Positions 26,788 to 32,000 of a stretch of DNA of 32,000 nt are shown here, piece by piece; within the stretch, counting starts at the first letter, position 1, and every line of letters starts with the position of its first letter. Below the pieces are notes generated by a model. The model did not search any database. It worked only from the letters and a program-made list of their open reading frames with translations, and was not told where the DNA came from. Source of the stretch: Pirellula staleyi DSM 6068 (GTDB taxonomy: Bacteria > Planctomycetota > Planctomycetia > Pirellulales > Pirellulaceae); NCBI GenBank assembly GCA_000025185.1, contig CP001848.1, forward strand, positions 2,190,001 through 2,222,000, read 5' to 3'. The position numbers and the translations under genes were made by a program.

Positions 26788-27035
26788 GCGGCACCACCAT
26801 CGAAAGAGAATCTGGCTCGATTTTTGGGATACGGGCCACGACAAAGCGGGCAAAATCCGGCCCATTTCTGGGCAGATTGCCGAATACTCTGTTATACCCC
26901 CGGAGTGGGCATTCGATTCAGAATTTGCCTGATCTGGAGCCACAAAAACGAAACTTCGTCGGAATCAGCATGCATGTAATCGGCTTAGCTCGTGCAGATT
27001 GACCGCGCGGCGGGCGACTTGTCGCCGAGCCCACG

Positions 27036-27065
27036 TTGACCCGTTTTTTCGAGCTTTGCTATACT
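27036..27065 (+). promoter_or_regulatory. candidate sigma-70 promoter (extended -10) for cysK
   Basis: TTGACC (27036-27041), an 18-nt spacer, then TGcTATACT (27057-27065). This is a good -35 plus an extended -10, about 165 nt upstream of the cysK ATG. Confidence 0.4.
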
Positions 27066-27229
27066 CTTCAGCCGTAAGTCGTAGCGCCGCATACGGTTGA
27101 TCGCGTGATCCGAACGACGTGCAAGCGCCTTGGGCAGCAATGCCGCAAGCAGCCGCGGATGCAACTACTCTCCCCAGGTTTCTCTGCGCTAGCGATCGAT
27201 CGCAGCGCTCCCCAAACGAGGCTCTCACG

Positions 27230-28189
27230 ATGAATGCTCTTCCGTCGGGAATTAAAAACAACATTACCGAATGCATCGGTAACACGCCCCTGGTGCTGCT
27301 TCGCAAAGTGACTGAAGGTTGCGTGGCGACTGTGGTTGCCAAAGTGGAGAACATGAATCCTCTTTGGAGCGTGAAGGACCGCATTGCCCGCGCCATGATC
27401 GACGCCGCCGAACGCGATGGCAAAATCAAGCCCGGCACGATCATCATCGAACCCACCAGCGGCAACACCGGCATCGGCTTGGCCTACGTTTGCGCAGCAC
27501 GCGGCTACAAACTGCGCGTCACCATGCCCGAGAGCATGACGATCGAGCGTCGTCGACTCTTGAAGGCACTCGGCGCCGAGATTGTGCTCACTCCTGCAGC
27601 GGAAGGGATGCCGGGCGCTGTTCGTCGCGCAGAAGCGATCGCCAATGAAGATCCCGAAACGTTCTTCATGCCGCAGCAGTTCAACAATCCTGCGAACCCC
27701 GAAGTCCACCGCAAAACAACCGCCGAAGAGATTTGGCGCGACACCGATGGGAAGGTCGACATCTTCGTGGCTGGGGTCGGTACTGGCGGAACGATCACCG
27801 GTTGCTCGGAAGTGCTGAAGGCTCGCAAGCCTTCGGTGAAGTCGATCGCTATTGAACCTGCCAACAGCCCCGTGATTGCTCAGAAACTCGCTGGTCAACC
27901 ACTGCAGCCAGGTCGTCACACCATTCAAGGCATCGGCGCGGGTTTCATCCCCGGTGTGCTGAATGTAAACATCATCGACGAAGTCTTTCCGGTGAAAGAT
28001 GAAGATGCCGCCGAGACTGCTCGTCGGCTGTCGACCCAAGAGGGTTTGTTCTGCGGCATCAGCTGCGGCGCTGCTGCGTACGCTGCTTTGCAAGTGGGCA
28101 AACGTCCCGAGAACGCCGGCAAGCTGATCGTTGTGGTGCTGCCCGATCTTGGCGAACGCTACCTCAGCACGCAGCTCTATCCCGAATAG
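27230..28189 (+). CDS. cysK: cysteine synthase A (O-acetylserine sulfhydrylase)
   Basis: [12 protein letters not shown]-lysine motif [23 protein letters not shown] and [10 protein letters not shown] (PLP phosphate loop). ATG 27230 gives 319 aa and an N-terminus matching E. coli CysK spacing. The ORF is open from 27119. Confidence 0.93.
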   Translation: MNALPSGIKNNITECIGNTPLVLLRKVTEGCVATVVAKVENMNPLWSVKDRIARAMIDAAERDGKIKPGTIIIEPTSGNTGIGLAYVCAARGYKLRVTMPESMTIERRRLLKALGAEIVLTPAAEGMPGAVRRAEAIANEDPETFFMPQQFNNPANPEVHRKTTAEEIWRDTDGKVDIFVAGVGTGGTITGCSEVLKARKPSVKSIAIEPANSPVIAQKLAGQPLQPGRHTIQGIGAGFIPGVLNVNIIDEVFPVKDEDAAETARRLSTQEGLFCGISCGAAAYAALQVGKRPENAGKLIVVVLPDLGERYLSTQLYPE

Positions 28190-28232
28190 TCGATACCGGC
28201 TGTTTTCCGGTCGATTCCGCGTTCAACCACTG

Positions 28233-28273
28233 AAGCTGATAGCGAGCATTGAAGCTTGCTATCAGCTTTTTTT
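28233..28273 (+). terminator. rho-independent terminator after cysK
   Basis: 15-bp stem aagctgatagcgagc / gcttgctatcagctt (one G-U pair), loop attgaa, followed by ttttttta. Confidence 0.8.
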
Positions 28274-28597
28274 ATGCGCGCGTCGCGGCGCTACAGCTGA
28301 AACATGAACTCGGGAAAAATCGCTTGGGAGCGGCAGTAAATTGGGCTGGGGGGAGATTTTTAGGAGCCGCTTCCCAATATTTGCATGCCTCCAACGAATC
28401 ATCCCTAGGCTGGGGATGCATTGTCGCCACTGAGGCGTATCTGAATTACACTTTATAGCTCCGGTCTCTCCCACCGATAGTGGCGGTTTCTACCTCGATG
28501 CAGGGGCGTTGTCGCGCTCCCATGCGCTAGGTGAACTGCCGCGACTGCTTCCCGACTGATCCATCATTATCTGTTTGTCTTCACGGGATACCTCGTC

Positions 28598-30247
28598 ATG
28601 CGTTCGTTCTTGGCAACCGTACTAGCGCTGCTCCTGGGAGTGGGAGCTATCGGCTGCTCGACACCTATCGCCCCCACCGAGTCGAAAACGTCGACCTCCG
28701 ATGGCACCTACGAAGCGGCGATCTACGTCGATCTTCATCGCGCGGGTGAATCGTATCGCGAATACATCGCCGCCAATGGCCGCGGACCCGACAGCATCGA
28801 AGCCTGGCGACAATACCTGTGGAAGAACCATAGCGATACGTCGTTCCTCTATCGTTTGCAGGCCGATGGTTATGGCTTTGGATGGAATTTTGATCCGAGC
28901 GCAGGCTTGCCAACTGCAACGACCCCTTTGGCGCAGTCGGGCTTGTTCAGCGCCAGGCTGATGGCCGATGGAAGCTTGACCGATGTCAATCCAGCCGCCA
29001 TCAACCTCGCTAAGCAGCGCGATGCGCGAATCGCCGCTGTGATGCCAGCAGTTCCTGGGGCACCTCCGCCACCGCCGGTTGTCGCTCCTCCACCTCCTGC
29101 GCCAGCAGGACCTACAAAGTTGGAGCCGGGGCCCGAAGCGATTCAGCTGGCCTGCGAACGCTATCTACAACTGCACGAAGCCTGGGTCGAACTGTTTGCG
29201 AAAATCGATAATGCCAGCGAGGCGCAGTCGATCGCCGCGATTTTGTACTCCACGCAGGCCGACTTTGATTTCAACAAAAATCGGCTCTCCAGCAGTGGGC
29301 TGCTGCAGAACCCGGGTGCTGTTTCGGCTGCGCATGCTGCTCGCTATCAAGCGGCGCTCGAGCGTGAGAAGCAGATCGTCAACGAGCATCTGGCAAAAAT
29401 GCCCGATCATCAAGCAATCATGCAAACCATTGCGTCGGAATACATGCAAAAGATTACAGGGATTGCTGGTCCCAACGGACTGCTGATGGACATGCAATTG
29501 GCGCTCGCCGGGCGCGCGTCTCCCTCGCCTTCAAGTCCTGCTTCCTCGGGCTCGGTTCCATCGCTGGCTCGAAACAGTCCTAGTACTTCTCAACCGGCCT
29601 CTTTCCCTCGCGAATCGCCTGAAGATCGGCAAGCAAAGATCGATCAAGCCCTGTTTCGATTTACATCAGCTTACGAGGGATGGCTGGTTGTTTTACAGGG
29701 GATCACCGACGCTCAAAGAGCCTCGTTGTTCAAATCGCAGTTGCGGTTATTCGACGGCAAGTTTGATCAAGTTGCCGAGGAGCTGCACGCGCTCGGCGTA
29801 CAGGGGGATTTGCGCGACGCTTCCCCGGAGTATCGCGATCAGCTGGATGATCTGCAGCGCCGCCAGCTTGAGCAAGATCAGCGGATCGCTGCGCTGCCAG
29901 ATGCGGCAGCTATTGGCACTGCTTTTACCGCAGATTTTGCCGAGAAGGGACGGCTCGGGCCGATTCGAACGCAGCTGAAACTACAAGAACTGCGTGGTGG
30001 TGCTCCGTCGGTTGCCAGTAGTGCGCCACCTGCTGCCACAACACCAAGCGCACCTGGCGCCACTGCACCCGCTGCAAGTTCTGGCGCCTACGCGGTCGGT
30101 ATGCCGATCGATATCGAGTGGGGCGGAAAATGGTGGCCCGGTAAAGTCTTGCGAGTCGATGGCGACAAGACCTACATTGCCTACGACGATCATAGTGACG
30201 CTTGGAACGAGTGGGTTCCCCGCGATCGGATTCGGCCACGCCCTTAG
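28598..30247 (+). CDS. predicted lipoprotein of an uncharacterised family, with a duplicated helical module and a C-terminal Tudor/SH3-like domain
   Basis: Signal peptide plus Cys (MRSFLATVLALLLGVGAIGC). It contains an N-terminal roughly 100-aa domain shared with the next gene, a poly-Pro linker (PGAPPPPPVVAPPPPAPAGP), two copies of a roughly 100-aa helical module, an Ala/Pro/Ser linker and a C-terminus YAVGMPIDIEWGGKWWPGKVLRVDGDKTYIAYDDHSDAWNEWVPRDRIRP. Confidence 0.85.
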   Translation: MRSFLATVLALLLGVGAIGCSTPIAPTESKTSTSDGTYEAAIYVDLHRAGESYREYIAANGRGPDSIEAWRQYLWKNHSDTSFLYRLQADGYGFGWNFDPSAGLPTATTPLAQSGLFSARLMADGSLTDVNPAAINLAKQRDARIAAVMPAVPGAPPPPPVVAPPPPAPAGPTKLEPGPEAIQLACERYLQLHEAWVELFAKIDNASEAQSIAAILYSTQADFDFNKNRLSSSGLLQNPGAVSAAHAARYQAALEREKQIVNEHLAKMPDHQAIMQTIASEYMQKITGIAGPNGLLMDMQLALAGRASPSPSSPASSGSVPSLARNSPSTSQPASFPRESPEDRQAKIDQALFRFTSAYEGWLVVLQGITDAQRASLFKSQLRLFDGKFDQVAEELHALGVQGDLRDASPEYRDQLDDLQRRQLEQDQRIAALPDAAAIGTAFTADFAEKGRLGPIRTQLKLQELRGGAPSVASSAPPAATTPSAPGATAPAASSGAYAVGMPIDIEWGGKWWPGKVLRVDGDKTYIAYDDHSDAWNEWVPRDRIRPRP

Positions 30248-30282
30248 CGAGTCGTTTTGAAACGAGAAATGCAGGTCTCTCC

Positions 30283-31200
30283 ATGAGCATCATGAATGCC
30301 CGCTTTTTCATGCTCACATGCTTAATCGCAGCAGCAGCGATCGTTGGCTGTGGAGCCAAAGGTTCGGGACCTTCAGCCGTTGCTGAACCGCCACTACCTT
30401 CTGACCCCGAGGCGGTGGTGGTGCGCGACTTGCATCACGCGGGGCTGGCGATTCGGTTCTTCTTAGACCAAGAGCATCGTCCAGCGTTTCGGATGCAAGA
30501 GCTGAAGGATCGCGTGGTCGCCGCTGGCAGCTCCGGCGCATTTCTCGATCGATTGCAAAACGCCGGTTACGAATTCAAATGGGGAATGCCGCTGGCACCG
30601 ACATTCTCCGGGGCAGGATTTCCTGTCGCTGAATCGCGCCAGCATCGCGCAAAGTTGATGCTCAACGGCTCGATTCAAGATGCTTCGCCCCGAGCTATTG
30701 CCCTCGCGCGCGGAGAGGCTGACCCAGCGTCTAGCACCAGTAACTCTGCACCTCCAGCGACGCCCATCACCTCACCCACACCAGACGCTTCCACTAGCAG
30801 TTCCGGCGAACTGCGGATGAACAACCCTCCCGATCAGGGTGCAATTCAGGGTGCGGCTGCTCGGCACTTAGCCATCAGCGAGAGCATTGTCAAAGAGCTT
30901 CGCGAAGTGCAAGACCTCGCATCGTTTGAGCGCGCCCAAACAAAAATCTCGGGCTTCAATGCCGAACTCGATTCGATTGCCCGAGACTACGCCGTCAATG
31001 GAATCACTTTTACATTGCGCGGCATTCCACCTGAAACTTGGGAGAAGATTCATCAGCTTGCCGCCCAAGAATTAGCCGAAGGGCAGCGACTAACTTCGCT
31101 TCCCGACGGCGCCGCGATCATGGGAAAGACCGTGGAAAGCTTGAATGCCAACGGACCCAGCGGTATCGGTCGCGTGAAGTGGAAAGTCATGCAAATGTAA
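30283..31200 (+). CDS. predicted lipoprotein, shorter paralog of the preceding gene
   Basis: Lipobox-like MSIMNARFFMLTCLIAAAAIVGC. The N-terminal domain aligns with the upstream protein (DLHHAG / DLHRAG; FLDRLQNAGYEFKW / FLYRLQADGYGFGW; AKLMLNGSIQDASPRAIALA / ARLMADGSLTDVNPAAINLA). A Ser/Thr/Pro linker and one copy of the helical module follow (LPDGAAIMG vs MPDHQAIMQ and LPDAAAIG). ATG 30283 lies 35 nt after the upstream stop. Confidence 0.85.
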   Translation: MSIMNARFFMLTCLIAAAAIVGCGAKGSGPSAVAEPPLPSDPEAVVVRDLHHAGLAIRFFLDQEHRPAFRMQELKDRVVAAGSSGAFLDRLQNAGYEFKWGMPLAPTFSGAGFPVAESRQHRAKLMLNGSIQDASPRAIALARGEADPASSTSNSAPPATPITSPTPDASTSSSGELRMNNPPDQGAIQGAAARHLAISESIVKELREVQDLASFERAQTKISGFNAELDSIARDYAVNGITFTLRGIPPETWEKIHQLAAQELAEGQRLTSLPDGAAIMGKTVESLNANGPSGIGRVKWKVMQM

Positions 31201-31246
31201 GGTTCGATTATTCGATAACCTTTGGCATGTGTCCCACAATCGTGCT

Positions 31247-32000
31247 CTATTTTGGCTGTGGCAGCGCGTGCTGATTCGAGATCCCTTGGGTCTTCAGCTT
31301 GCGGCTATAAACCTTGTCGGCACACGTCACATACAGCGTGTCGAGTTTCTCTCCCGCGAAGGCAACGTTCGAGAGGAACTTCTTCTGTGGCTTCAGAAGA
31401 ATCCCCGCAAGCCTGGCCGAGGGATCGAACACTTGCAGCCCTTGGCTCGTGGCGACGAATAAACGTCCCGCCACATCCACCGTCATGCCGTCGGCTTGGC
31501 TCGGTGATTTCTGTGGACCAAGTTCCAGCGTGTAGTAGGGCTGCTTATGCTCGAGCTTGCCACCTTCGCCGATACGAAACGCCCACAAACTTCCGCCAGC
31601 GTTATCGCTCACCACCAACGTTTGTTCATCGGGCCACAAGATCACGCCGTTGGGTTTGGCAATCCCTTCGTCGACGATCTGCTTCTTCCCTTCGGGGCTG
31701 ATATGCCACACGCGGCTGTTTTTGTAGTCGGTGACGTAGATATCGCCCTTCCGTGAAACGACGAGATCGTTCACATCCAGATCGGTTGCGATGACGGTTG
31801 GTTTCGCCTCTTTATCGTAAGCGACCACCTGACGATTGGCACTTTGGCAAGCGTAAAGGCGGCCATCACTCCCAAACATCAGGCCACTCGCTTTACCCGA
31901 GTCGGTGACGAACTCGCTCACACTGCCGCTCTTGGTGTCGACCTTCAGAATCTTGGACGTGGGGACATCGACGAAGAATAGATTGCCAGCAGCATCGACT
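31247..32000 (-). CDS. SMP-30/gluconolactonase/LRE-like beta-propeller protein (5' end beyond the window)
   Basis: KPNGVILWPDEQTLVVSD, ADGMTVDVAGRLFVATSQGLQVFDPSARLAGIL and SNVAFAGEKLDTLYVTCADKVYSRKL match the family pattern. The reading frame stays open from the listed GTG (31921) to the window edge, encoding ..VDAAGNLFFVDVPTSKILKVDTKSGSVSEF, so the gene is truncated by the window. Confidence 0.85.
   Translation of the reverse strand, partial: VDAAGNLFFVDVPTSKILKVDTKSGSVSEFVTDSGKASGLMFGSDGRLYACQSANRQVVAYDKEAKPTVIATDLDVNDLVVSRKGDIYVTDYKNSRVWHISPEGKKQIVDEGIAKPNGVILWPDEQTLVVSDNAGGSLWAFRIGEGGKLEHKQPYYTLELGPQKSPSQADGMTVDVAGRLFVATSQGLQVFDPSARLAGILLKPQKKFLSNVAFAGEKLDTLYVTCADKVYSRKLKTQGISNQHALPQPK

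Noticed and set aside
28249-28458. 69-aa ORF (and the antisense 70-aa ORF) in the cysK-lipoprotein intergenic region
   Set aside because: It starts inside the cysK terminator hairpin and has no RBS or motif. It is probably non-coding promoter or leader DNA for the lipoprotein genes.
1-32000. Search for CRISPR arrays, rRNA, IS/transposase, integrase, prophage, toxin-antitoxin or known defence-system genes
   Set aside because: There are no regularly spaced direct repeats, no rRNA-like conserved blocks, and no ORF with transposase, integrase, nuclease-helicase or NTPase defence signatures. The window appears to be ordinary core chromosome.

Overview
This window reads as a core chromosomal segment of a moderately GC-rich bacterium. 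The gene content (type III glutamine synthetase, a GldA / GldF-GldG / DUF4340 ABC cluster, a DUF4332 protein, paired ClpP genes, many Pro/Ser/Ala-rich linkers) suggests Planctomycetota, Pirellulales-like; that is inference only. I support 22 protein-coding genes: glnN (GSIII), glnA (GSI), an RraA-like protein, a 3-gene minus-strand cluster, a phosphohexomutase, a PLC/P1-nuclease-like-DUF4332 protein, tig-clpP-clpP, a GntR regulator, DUF971-metF, the ABC cluster, a ceramidase-like hydrolase, cysK, two paralogous lipoproteins and a truncated SMP-30-like gene. There is also one tRNA-Gly(GCC), several clear rho-independent terminators and a few candidate promoters. The best promoter candidate is a sigma-54 -24/-12 match upstream of glnN. 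I saw no CRISPR array, rRNA, IS element, integrase, phage genes or recognisable defence or toxin-antitoxin module, so I cannot honestly point to a clear novel multi-gene system. The best candidates for uncharacterised biology are: (i) the tandem lipoprotein paralogs built from a repeated helical module, one ending in a Tudor/SH3-like domain; (ii) the cytoplasmic PLC/P1-nuclease-like protein fused through a roughly 330-aa disordered linker to DUF4332; (iii) the TraB/DUF5682-like 640-aa protein cluster; (iv) the GldFG-fusion ABC system. All family assignments come from motif recognition by eye, with no searches run. Start codons are often GTG/TTG and are best guesses.
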